A DNA stretch of 64,000 nucleotides from Gemmatimonadaceae bacterium. Its GTDB lineage: Bacteria; Gemmatimonadota; Gemmatimonadetes; Gemmatimonadales; Gemmatimonadaceae. The translations under genes were made by a program, and so were the position numbers. Under the pieces are notes generated by a model. That model searched no databases. It was given only the letters and a program-made list of their open reading frames with translations, and was not told the DNA's origin. Below, one piece after another: positions 26,838-35,316 of this stretch; the first letter of the stretch is position 1, and the number at the start of each line of letters is the position of its first letter. The DNA lies in assembly GCA_046704805.1 (NCBI GenBank), contig JBJKRG010000248.1, positions 20,602 to 84,601 of the forward strand, written 5' to 3'.

Positions 26838-27758
26838 GTGCGGCCGGCGAATCCGTCCGTGATGACCGCCAGGCCCCGCCGGCGCATTGCGCCGCACCGG
26901 GTGACGCTGGATCGCTCGCTCGAGGAGCTTCCGCTGTTCCGACTCAGCGATTCACCGGATGATGTGCCCCTCGTGTTCACCACGGAAGCCGGAGGACGCT
27001 GGCGCGTCCTTCCCCGTCCCGGCGATCGCCTTCCCGGAACCTTCGATCAGGACGTGTACGTCGAGATCATGCGGCGCTTCCAGGAGGCGGGCAATCCCGT
27101 CGACGGCACGCTTCTGTTCACCCTGCACGCCTTCCTTCGTTCGATGGGGCGCCGTGTGGATGGACGCACGTACGAGCTGCTGCGCGCTGCACTCTTCCGG
27201 CTGGAGCGAACCGTTCTCGAGTCCACCGGAGCCTATCGCCTGGCCGGGCGGAACGAGGCGTTCGACGGCCGTCTCACCCTGCTCACGTCCGTATCCATCG
27301 AGCGCCGCCGGGCGGTGGATCGCGATCAACTCCCCCTGTTCGACCCGGCCATGGGTGCCGAGCCCGGCGAGGTCCGGGCGATCGTCGCCCCGTTGATTCG
27401 CGAGAACCTCACGGCCCGGCACGTCGTGACGCTCTCCTTGCCCCGGTATCTGGGCCTGGCCTCGCCAGTGGCCAGGCGGTTGTATCGACTGCTCGAGCTC
27501 GCCCGGGCGGACGGGCGGCTGGTCTGGCGGGTCTCGCTGGAGCGTCTGAAGGAGCTGCTCCCCCTGATGCAGCGCTATCCTTCGCATCTGCAACGAGTTC
27601 TGCAGCCGGCTCACGAGCGGCTGCTGGAATCCGGGGTGATCCGCAGCACGGCGATCCGGCAGGAGCGGCGCCACTGGTACGTCAACTACGTCCTTGGCAG
27701 TCGGGTTCCGTCCGGGGGGCGGGACGGGGTAAACCCCGATCCGGAACGTTCCGAGTGA
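26838..27758 (+). CDS. Replication-initiator-protein-A (RepA/RPA)-like protein
   Basis: Block order LPLFRLSD..., PGTFDQDVYVEIMRRFQEA, GRTYELLRAALFRLERTVLES, LSLPRYLGLASPVARRLYRLLE, WRVSLERLKELLPL parallels plasmid RepA (PF10134-type) proteins. Judged from memory, not from a search. Confidence 0.5.
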   Translation: MRPANPSVMTARPRRRIAPHRVTLDRSLEELPLFRLSDSPDDVPLVFTTEAGGRWRVLPRPGDRLPGTFDQDVYVEIMRRFQEAGNPVDGTLLFTLHAFLRSMGRRVDGRTYELLRAALFRLERTVLESTGAYRLAGRNEAFDGRLTLLTSVSIERRRAVDRDQLPLFDPAMGAEPGEVRAIVAPLIRENLTARHVVTLSLPRYLGLASPVARRLYRLLELARADGRLVWRVSLERLKELLPLMQRYPSHLQRVLQPAHERLLESGVIRSTAIRQERRHWYVNYVLGSRVPSGGRDGVNPDPERSE

Positions 27759-27789
27759 ACGCTGAGGCCCGATCGGAGTACAACACGGC

Positions 27790-28011
27790 ATGGCTACCAA
27801 ACTGACTCACGAGATTCGACGCGAGATCACCATCGGCGACGAGGCGTTCACGATCGTCATCTCCCCACAGGGCTTGCGGTTGTCCCGCAAGCGGTTCCGC
27901 TCTGGGCGCGAGCTCACCTGGGAAGCGCTCTGGCGCCAGGGCGGCATGGAGAACGGGGACGGCGGTCGTGCCGTTGGTTCGCCCGTGCGGGGAGAGGACC
28001 AGGCGATATAG
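27790..28011 (+). CDS. Small hypothetical protein
   Basis: 73 codons following the RepA-like gene on the same strand. No motif recognised. Confidence 0.35.
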   Translation: MATKLTHEIRREITIGDEAFTIVISPQGLRLSRKRFRSGRELTWEALWRQGGMENGDGGRAVGSPVRGEDQAI

Positions 28012-28043
28012 TTTTCGGGAGCTTCTTCCCGGATTCGCCGTTC

Positions 28044-29642
28044 ATGAGCCGCTCCCGAAAGTTCGCCGTCGCCGCTGTCGCCCTCATCATCCCGGCTGCT
28101 GTCGGAGGATTCGTCCTCCAATCACGGACGCCGGCCGCCGGCGCGTTGCTTCTCGACCAGGTGCTCTCGCTGGTCTCGGATCACTACGTGGACTCGCTGC
28201 CGCCCGGTGATGTGTATGCGAAGGCCGCCACCGGCCTCGTCCACGAGTTGAACGACCCGTACAGCCAGCTCTTCACGCCCGAGGAGATGAAGAATTTCAC
28301 CACCAATACGAGCGGGCATTACGGTGGGATCGGGATGCAGATCGAGAGCCAGAACGGGATCGTCACGGTGAGCAAGGTGTTCCCCAACACGCCGGCGGAA
28401 GCCGCTGGCGTCGTCGAGGGCGATCAGATCGTCCGGGTCGATACCCTGTCGACGCTCGGCTGGTCCCTGACGCGAACCGCCGATTATCTCACCGGCACGC
28501 CCGGTACCAAGGTGAAGGTGCAGTTCGCCCGCCCCGGGGTCGTCGAGCCCATCGTGGTCGACTTCACCCGTGCCGTGATTCATGTGCCGGCCGTCCCGTA
28601 CTACCTCATGCTGGACGGGAACATCGGGTATATCCCGCTGCAGCAGTTCAACGAAACCGCCGCGCAGGACGTGGCCGACGCCGCTCGTGCACTGCAGAAG
28701 CAGGGCGCGAAAGGGTTCATTCTCGACGAACGGGGGAATCCGGGCGGGTACGTGGACCAGGCGCTGGATCTGAGCGGCCTGTTCCTCAAGAAGGGACAGG
28801 AGATCCTCTCCGTACGCACGCGCGTCGGTCCCCCACAGGTCGACTCCGCGGACGGCACGCCGACATTCGGATCCGTCCCCCTCATCGTGCTCACCGACGG
28901 CGGCACCGCCTCCGCCGCCGAGATCGTGGCCGGCGCGCTGCAGGATCACGACCGGGCGCTGATCGTCGGGCAGACGACGTTCGGAAAGGGGCTGGTGCAA
29001 TCGGTGTACAATCTCGACGACGGGTACGCCCTCAAGCTGACGACGGGCAAGTGGTACACGCCCAGTGGCCGGTCCATCCAGCGGCCACGGAAGGTGGTCG
29101 ACGGACATTTCGTGCCGACCCCACCGGATTCGACGGAGAACCAGGAATCGAAGAAGAAACGGCCGGCGTTCCGCTCCGACGATGGACGCATTGTCTATGG
29201 CGGCGGAGGGATCACCCCCGATGTGATCGTCGCCGACGACACGCTCACGACACCGGAGCAGCGGCTGGCCCGGGCGCTCGCACCGAAGTCGCAGGTGGTG
29301 TATGTCACCCTGTACTCGTTCGCACTCGGGCTCTCGCACCATCTGTCCCGCGGCTTCAAGTACAACCCCGCCTGGCGGGGAGCCTTCATCAAGGATCTGG
29401 AGGCCAAGGGTGTGAAGATCGACCCGAAGCTCTACGCCGCCGCGCCACGGTACCTCGACCGGCTGATCACCGACCGGGTGTCACGCTTCGTCGAGGGCGA
29501 TTCCACCGCCAAGCGCCGTGAGTTGTCGCTCGATGCCCCGCTCGACAGTGCCATGCGGTTGATGGAAAGGGCCAGGACCCAACAGCAGTTGTTCGCCCTT
29601 GCCGACGCGGAGCCGCCGGCCGAGCACCGCAAGAAACCCTGA
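28044..29642 (+). CDS. S41-family C-terminal processing peptidase (PDZ + S41)
   Basis: 532 aa. GIGMQIESQNGIVTVSKVFPNTPAEAAGVVEGDQIV (PDZ), LDERGNPGGYV, TDGGTASAAEIVAGALQD and GQTTFGKGLVQ. Confidence 0.9.
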   Translation: MSRSRKFAVAAVALIIPAAVGGFVLQSRTPAAGALLLDQVLSLVSDHYVDSLPPGDVYAKAATGLVHELNDPYSQLFTPEEMKNFTTNTSGHYGGIGMQIESQNGIVTVSKVFPNTPAEAAGVVEGDQIVRVDTLSTLGWSLTRTADYLTGTPGTKVKVQFARPGVVEPIVVDFTRAVIHVPAVPYYLMLDGNIGYIPLQQFNETAAQDVADAARALQKQGAKGFILDERGNPGGYVDQALDLSGLFLKKGQEILSVRTRVGPPQVDSADGTPTFGSVPLIVLTDGGTASAAEIVAGALQDHDRALIVGQTTFGKGLVQSVYNLDDGYALKLTTGKWYTPSGRSIQRPRKVVDGHFVPTPPDSTENQESKKKRPAFRSDDGRIVYGGGGITPDVIVADDTLTTPEQRLARALAPKSQVVYVTLYSFALGLSHHLSRGFKYNPAWRGAFIKDLEAKGVKIDPKLYAAAPRYLDRLITDRVSRFVEGDSTAKRRELSLDAPLDSAMRLMERARTQQQLFALADAEPPAEHRKKP

Positions 29643-29670
29643 GATCGCGTTCCGATGAGGCCGTTCCTTT

Positions 29671-29700
29671 CCGCCGCCGTGCTCGTCCGCACGGCGGCGG
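29671..29700 (+). terminator. Hairpin after the S41 peptidase gene
   Basis: CCGCCGCCGTGC / GCACGGCGGCGG: perfect 12-bp stem, 6-nt loop. Confidence 0.55.
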
Positions 29701-30016
29701 TCGACCATGCCCATCGAAAGTCGATCCGACCGGGAGCTACCGCCGCCGGGTGTCCTCCTTCGACCTCCACACGGTGAACCCCAACGGGGGCGACCGTGAC
29801 CAGGCCACGATCTCCGCGCCGCCCATTTCACGCCGCCCTTCACACCGGGCATGGTACGCGTCATCTTCGCCCCGAACCATACGAATTCGCCTGGTCACAC
29901 ATTCGACCTGTCTATCGGACCGCCACGGCACGATGCTGGCCGAGACCGATATCTTCTTCGCGGATTGGGTCCCCTGATCCGACAAGCCGCCTTCGGGCGA
30001 GCGCCGGAGCGCCTGC

Positions 30017-30967
30017 ATGGAAAAGCGCAGCAAGATCTACGTGGCCGGGCACCGTGGACTGGTGGGCTCGGCGCTCGAACGTGAGCTCCTCCGGCTGGGC
30101 TACGACAATCTCACCCGACGTACGCGACAGCAGCTCGACCTTCGGGATCGCGCGAAGGTCACTGCGTTCTTCGCCGAGGAACGCCCGGAGTTCGTCTTCC
30201 TGGCGGCGGCTCGCGTTGGGGGAATTCTCGCGAACAACACGTACCCCGCGGATTTCATCCGGGAGAACCTCGAGGTCCAGCTCCATGTGATCGACGCGGC
30301 GCATCGCTACGGAGTCCGGAAGCTCATGTTCCTCGGAAGCGCCTGCATCTATCCGAAGCTCGCCCCACAGCCGATCCGCGAGGAGTACCTCCTGACCGGT
30401 CCGCTCGAGCCCACCAACGCGCCGTATGCCATCGCCAAGATCGCCGGCATCTCGCTCTGCCAGTCCTACAATCGACAGTACGGCACGCAGTTCATCAGTG
30501 TGATGCCCACGAACCTGTACGGACCGGGCGACACCTTCGACCTGCAGAACAGCCATGTCCTTCCGGCGCTCATGCGGCGTCTCGACGAGGGGAAGCGCAC
30601 CGGGGCGCCGCAGGTCACGATCTGGGGCTCCGGGTCCCCCCGCCGCGAATTTCTGCACGTGGACGACATGGCCCGGGCGTGCGTGCACCTCATGCTGCAC
30701 TACGATTCGTCCGAAATCATCAACGTCGGATGCGGGGAGGACATCGCGATCGGGGACCTCGCCCACAAGATCCAGCGGCTGGTCGGGTACGAGGGCATGC
30801 TGGAGTTCGATCGGTCCAAACCCGACGGCACGCCGCTCCGCAGGCTCGATATCAGCCGGCTGTTGGCAACCGGGTGGAAGCCGACCATCTCGCTGGATGC
30901 CGGTCTCGAATCCACGTACCGCTGGTACTGTGACAATCGCAGCCAATTGCGGATCGGATCCGGCTGA
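30017..30967 (+). CDS. fcl: GDP-L-fucose synthase
   Basis: 316 aa. [15 protein letters not shown] (Rossmann), [21 protein letters not shown] and YAIAKIAG are typical Fcl/WcaG motifs. Confidence 0.9.
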   Translation: MEKRSKIYVAGHRGLVGSALERELLRLGYDNLTRRTRQQLDLRDRAKVTAFFAEERPEFVFLAAARVGGILANNTYPADFIRENLEVQLHVIDAAHRYGVRKLMFLGSACIYPKLAPQPIREEYLLTGPLEPTNAPYAIAKIAGISLCQSYNRQYGTQFISVMPTNLYGPGDTFDLQNSHVLPALMRRLDEGKRTGAPQVTIWGSGSPRREFLHVDDMARACVHLMLHYDSSEIINVGCGEDIAIGDLAHKIQRLVGYEGMLEFDRSKPDGTPLRRLDISRLLATGWKPTISLDAGLESTYRWYCDNRSQLRIGSG

Positions 30968-31133
30968 GACGCGTGCAGGAGAGGTCGTTTCGGGTCGGGC
31001 GTCGCGTTTCTTGACGTTGCCTAAGAACTGGCCACGCGTCAGGTTGTTGGCGTCGACGTGACGTGACATCTGGCCGGTCGTTGTTGCGACGCCACAACGC
31101 ATCGACACACCCCCGATTGGCCCCACCGGAACG

Positions 31134-32657
31134 ATGGTTCTTGCCGTCACGATCTTCGCGATGCTGGTTGCGCTCGTCACCACGCGGTGGCTGGCGAGGA
31201 TCGCGCCCGCCCAACGTGAGCCGAGTGTGGTCCCCATCACGTATCGTCCGGGCTCCGCGCCGCCGATTCCCCGAGTCGGCGGCGCGGCGGTCTATGTGGC
31301 CATCGTCGTGGCGCTCGGGGCGGCGGCCGCGGTCGGCGCCACCGGCATGGCTCCCATCCTGCGGCGGCCGGAACTCTACGGCGGCATCTTCGGCGGCGCG
31401 ACGCTCCTGCTCGCCGTCGGACTCGCCGACGATTTTCTCGATCTGTCGCCGGCGGTCAAGCTTCTGGCGCAGGGCATGGCCGCGATGTTCGCCGTATCCG
31501 GGGGCCTGTCGCTTCGAGTGATTCAGCTCGACCCGACATCGACGGTTCGCCTGGGGTGGATCGGGGTTCCGCTCACCGGCCTGTGGATCATCGCCGCCAC
31601 CAACACGTTCAACTTCATTGACGGCCTCGACGGGCTGGCCTCCGGCGTCGGCATCATCGGCTTCGCCGCCACGGTGGTCTCGGCGACCATCCTCGGCCAT
31701 GCCGACGTGGTGCTCCTTGGCATGGTGCTCATCGGGGCGCTGGGGGGGTTCCTCCGCCACAACGTCGCGCCGGCCAGGATCTATCTGGGTGATTCCGGCA
31801 GCCTGCTGATCGGCTATCTGCTGGCGACACTCTCGCTGATCGGCGCCACCACGGCTTCCAGCGGCGTCCTCGTCTATGTGCCGATCTTCGCCCTCGCCCT
31901 GCCATTGCTCGACGGCTGGGTCGCGGTCGCGCGCCGCTGGCTCCGGCACATGCCCGTCTGGAAGGGTGACCATCGCCACATTCATCACCGGGTGCAGGCG
32001 CTCGGATTCGGCAAGCGGCAGAGCGTGCTCCTGCTCATCGGGGCCGCCGCACTGTTCGCGCTCGTCGGCGAGTTGATGGCGTTCGCTAATCCGGCGCTCT
32101 TCTCCTCTTCGGCCGTCGTGTTCACGCTGGGCGTCACGGTGATCGGGACGTCGCTGGGCCTCGGCCGCCTGGATTATTACGAATTCGCCGCGGTCCGGAC
32201 GGCGTGGGCGCGCCGGGTCCCGGCGTGGCGCCGGTTCGTTCGGGAGGAGATCCGCCTGCGCGATGCCGAACGTGAGTTGGCGACCGCCCGCGATCTCAAC
32301 GACCTGCGGACCGGGCTGGATCGATGTGCGCTGGCGTTCGGCCTCGACCGCGTGGAGATTTCCCGTCAGCGCCCGCGCCTGCGGCGTACCTGGCACGGGC
32401 AGTACGTCGACATCCTCGTCACGGCATCCGACTCGGCAGGCAACGACGATTGGGTTCTCCGCGTCTGGTATGGTGAGTACGATTCACCCCGACCTGATCT
32501 GGTGCAGCGTGCGGCGCGGGTTCTGGCCCGCGCGTGCGGCACGTGGCTGCACGAGTACGGCCTGCTGGCCGCCCCGGCCAGGGCGCCAGTCCAGCGCCGC
32601 GCGGTCCATGAGGGACCGACTCTCCCGCGGTCGCATCGCCACCTCGTCAAGGCGTAG
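31134..32657 (+). CDS. WecA/MraY-family polyprenyl-phosphate sugar-1-phosphate transferase with about 170-aa C-terminal extension
   Basis: ADDFLDL, NTFNFIDGLDGLASG, GDSGSLLIGY and HIHHRV motifs, followed by a soluble Arg-rich C-terminal region of unknown function. Confidence 0.85.
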   Translation: MVLAVTIFAMLVALVTTRWLARIAPAQREPSVVPITYRPGSAPPIPRVGGAAVYVAIVVALGAAAAVGATGMAPILRRPELYGGIFGGATLLLAVGLADDFLDLSPAVKLLAQGMAAMFAVSGGLSLRVIQLDPTSTVRLGWIGVPLTGLWIIAATNTFNFIDGLDGLASGVGIIGFAATVVSATILGHADVVLLGMVLIGALGGFLRHNVAPARIYLGDSGSLLIGYLLATLSLIGATTASSGVLVYVPIFALALPLLDGWVAVARRWLRHMPVWKGDHRHIHHRVQALGFGKRQSVLLLIGAAALFALVGELMAFANPALFSSSAVVFTLGVTVIGTSLGLGRLDYYEFAAVRTAWARRVPAWRRFVREEIRLRDAERELATARDLNDLRTGLDRCALAFGLDRVEISRQRPRLRRTWHGQYVDILVTASDSAGNDDWVLRVWYGEYDSPRPDLVQRAARVLARACGTWLHEYGLLAAPARAPVQRRAVHEGPTLPRSHRHLVKA

Positions 32658-32663
32658 CTCACG

Positions 32664-32978
32664 ATGTGCGAGGGCGTGGCGGTGAGCACCGTCACACTCC
32701 TGTCGCGCGTCTCGGCGACGGCGGACCTGCTCGTCAGCGAACTTTCCGGGGAAATGGTGCTACTGAATCCCGGGGACGGCGTATACTATGGCTTGGATGC
32801 CGTGGGTGCCCACATCTGGCATCTGCTCGAAGTACCGTGCGACGTGGGGACGATCGTCGACGACGTCCTGGCGCACTACGAGATCGACCGGACGCGATGC
32901 GAGCATGACGTACTCACGTTTCTCCGGGAGTTGCACGCGCACGGGCTCGTGTCGGTGCTCGCGGCCGGTGCCGACTGA
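32664..32978 (+). CDS. PqqD-family protein (RiPP recognition element / lasso B1-like)
   Basis: 104 aa. VSELSGEMVLLNPGDGVYYGLDAVGAHIWHLLEVPCDVGTIVDDVLAHYEIDRTRCEHDVLTFLRELHAHGLV is a textbook PqqD fold pattern. Starts 7 nt after the WecA-like stop. Confidence 0.85.
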   Translation: MCEGVAVSTVTLLSRVSATADLLVSELSGEMVLLNPGDGVYYGLDAVGAHIWHLLEVPCDVGTIVDDVLAHYEIDRTRCEHDVLTFLRELHAHGLVSVLAAGAD

Positions 32979-33005
32979 ACGGGCCGCGAGAGGCATGAGC
33001 ACGCC

Positions 33006-34892
33006 GTGAGCGGGTTCGTCGGCCTCCTCTCCCTCGACGGGTCGGCCATCGATCCACGCGTGCTGCATCGGCTCACCGACGCCCTCGCCTACTTCGCGCC
33101 GGATGGTGCGGCAGCCCGCGCGAGTGGGCCGATCGGCCTCGGGTTTGCAGCACTCCGCACCACCCGGCCGGGTCCGGACGAACGCAACGCGCCGGCACCG
33201 ATGCCCACCTCCGACGGCCACGGCAGCTGGATCGTCGCCGACGCCATGCTCGACGACCGCGAGCAGCTGGTGCGTGACCTCGGCCTCGCCGGTGTCCGGG
33301 TCGACCCGCAGGACAGCGACGCCGACTTGCTGCTCGGCGCCTACCGGGCGTGGGGGACGCGGTGTGCGCAGCACGTCCACGGTGACTTCTCGTTCGCGCT
33401 GTGGGACACGGACCGGCGTCGGCTGCTGCTGGCACGCGATCGATTTGGCATGCGACCGCTGTACTACGGCCGTGCCGGCAGAACGCTCGTCTTCTCGAAT
33501 GCCCTCGACGTCGTCCGCGCGCACCCGCGCATGTCCTCGGACCTGGACGCCGCTGCGATCGGTGACTTCCTGCGCCTGGGCCTGAACACGGACCTCGAAA
33601 CCACCACCTTCGCCGACGTGGCCTGTGTGCCGCCCGCGCACGCGTTCGTCGTGACCGAAGATGCCACCCGGCTCGTGAGCTACTGGGAGCTGCCGGTCGG
33701 CCGACCGCTTTCCTATCGCCGGGTCGAGGAATACGCCGAGCATTTCACCGAGGTCTTCAGTGCGGCGGTCTCCGATCGCCTCCGGGGACTCGACGACGCC
33801 GTGATCATGATGAGCGGCGGCCGGGATTCGACGGCGGTGGCCGCCATGGCCCGGTCGGCCGGCCGGCCGGCGTCGACCCACCTGCACGCCGTGACGGCGG
33901 TGTACGATTACGCACTTCCCGACGAGGAACGGGTCCATGCGGCGCTCGCCGCGGCGGCGCTCGACATCCCGGTGGAGTTCGTACCGCAGGACGAGTACCG
34001 GTGGTTCGAGGACTGGGATCGCGAGGATCTGTGGCGGCCGGAGCCCGTGGAGGCGCCGCTGCTGGCCGCTGATGCCGACCTCGCCGACCGCGCGGCTGCT
34101 ACGGCTCGTGTCGGGCTCTCGGGAGACGGCGGGGATGCGGCTCTTCGCGAGCGCGAATCGCATCTGGCCCAGTTGCTGCTCTCGGGACGGTGGGTGCAGG
34201 CGGCGACCGAATCGCTCACGTACGTGCGGTGGCACCGTCGGCTTCCGCGGCCCGGATTCCGGCGGCTGCGTGCCCGGCAGCGCGGTCTGACGTCACCCAG
34301 GCCGCCGGCCCCACCATGGCTGCGCACCGACCTGATCGACCGGACCGGGCTCCGGGCTCGCTGGGCCGCGTTGGAAGCCGAGGACGGACGCCTTCCGACC
34401 GGGGTCGGGCGTCCGGAAGCCTACGCGAAGCTCCGGTCGGAGTTCTGGCCCCGCTGCTTCGAGGCGGATCACGCCGGAGCGATCGGTATTCCCCTGGTGA
34501 TGCGGCATCCGTTCTTCGACGAGCGCGTCGTCGAGTTCCTGCTTTCCCTGCCCACCGAACAGTGGGCCAACGACAAGGGGATTCTCGTGGCTGCCATGCG
34601 GGGTCGCCTTCCCGACCGCGTTCGCCTGCGCCCGAAGACGCCGCTCGTCGGCGACTGCTACGACCTGGCGTTCACGGCTGCCGGATCACCCCGGCCCGGT
34701 CGGGACGCATTCTGCGAGGAAGCCCTCGAGTACGTCGATCCCGACGCCCTGTTCACGGTGACACCGGACATGGATCCGTCGGATGCGTGGGACTGGACGC
34801 GCGCCTACAGCCTCTCGCTCTGGCTGTCGCGGCGTGCCGTCGGCCGGCGTCCGAGACGCGTCCGGGCAGAGATCGCATTCGAAGTGAGTTGA
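33006..34892 (+). CDS. Asparagine-synthetase-like adenylating enzyme (lasso cyclase-type, C protein)
   Basis: 628 aa, GTG start. N-terminal Ntn-like domain (DFSFALWDTDRRRLLLARDRFGMRPLYY) but begins MSG rather than MCG. PP-loop MMSGGRDSTAVAAMA. Confidence 0.8.
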   Translation: MSGFVGLLSLDGSAIDPRVLHRLTDALAYFAPDGAAARASGPIGLGFAALRTTRPGPDERNAPAPMPTSDGHGSWIVADAMLDDREQLVRDLGLAGVRVDPQDSDADLLLGAYRAWGTRCAQHVHGDFSFALWDTDRRRLLLARDRFGMRPLYYGRAGRTLVFSNALDVVRAHPRMSSDLDAAAIGDFLRLGLNTDLETTTFADVACVPPAHAFVVTEDATRLVSYWELPVGRPLSYRRVEEYAEHFTEVFSAAVSDRLRGLDDAVIMMSGGRDSTAVAAMARSAGRPASTHLHAVTAVYDYALPDEERVHAALAAAALDIPVEFVPQDEYRWFEDWDREDLWRPEPVEAPLLAADADLADRAAATARVGLSGDGGDAALRERESHLAQLLLSGRWVQAATESLTYVRWHRRLPRPGFRRLRARQRGLTSPRPPAPPWLRTDLIDRTGLRARWAALEAEDGRLPTGVGRPEAYAKLRSEFWPRCFEADHAGAIGIPLVMRHPFFDERVVEFLLSLPTEQWANDKGILVAAMRGRLPDRVRLRPKTPLVGDCYDLAFTAAGSPRPGRDAFCEEALEYVDPDALFTVTPDMDPSDAWDWTRAYSLSLWLSRRAVGRRPRRVRAEIAFEVS

Positions 34893-34958
34893 CGCGCCCC
34901 CACCCGTGATCCCGATCACATGGGGGCCTGCCCGATGCCATTATCGTCGACGCATATC

Positions 34959-34964
34959 TATAAT
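34959..34964 (+). promoter_or_regulatory. Consensus -10 hexamer TATAAT, 5 nt upstream of the precursor ATG
   Basis: Read directly. No SD between it and the ATG at 34970. No good -35 box seen. Confidence 0.3.
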
Positions 34965-34969
34965 CCAGC

Positions 34970-35173
34970 ATGCGGCATCCAATCGCATCGATCCCTCCGG
35001 GTTCGCCCGACGCTCTTCAACCGGTGACGCCGACGCCGTCCGCGCCATCCGACAAGCGGCCGTATGGGACGCCGATCCTCACGGCGTACGGATCGATCGC
35101 CGACCTCACGCGTCTCGTGGGGCCGCGGGGCAAGAAGGACGCGCAACGAGGGCCCCGGCGGACGGGGTTCTAG
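34970..35173 (+). CDS. Candidate lasso-peptide precursor (A peptide)
   Basis: 67 codons in the cyclase-kinase gap, with high GC3. Leader segment YGTPILTAYGSIADLTR fits YxxPxLx3Gx5Tx. Predicted core LVGPRGKKDAQRGPRRTGF has a single acidic residue, at position 9. Confidence 0.6.
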   Translation: MRHPIASIPPGSPDALQPVTPTPSAPSDKRPYGTPILTAYGSIADLTRLVGPRGKKDAQRGPRRTGF

Positions 35174-35316
35174 CTCGAAGCCATCGGCATCCGGATGGTC
35201 GATCCCGAGTCGTCGCGCGAACGGGCACTGACGACAACGGGAGCGGCGCGCAGGACCGGCCTCACCTCGCTGCACTGTCGCGACGCGGCTGCGCTGCGTA
35301 TCGTCCCGGCATCCTC

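Noticed and set aside
24912-28043. A replication origin (iterons, DnaA boxes, AT-rich unwinding element) associated with the RepA-like gene.
   Set aside because: Reading the flanking and internal spacers, I found only single short palindromes and one terminator hairpin. There are no arrays of direct repeats. An origin cannot be claimed from this sequence.
29750-29977. 75-aa ORF in the spacer between the S41 peptidase gene and fcl.
   Set aside because: Poor third-position GC bias, no RBS and no motif. The region is more plausibly the promoter and 5' UTR of the fcl-led operon.
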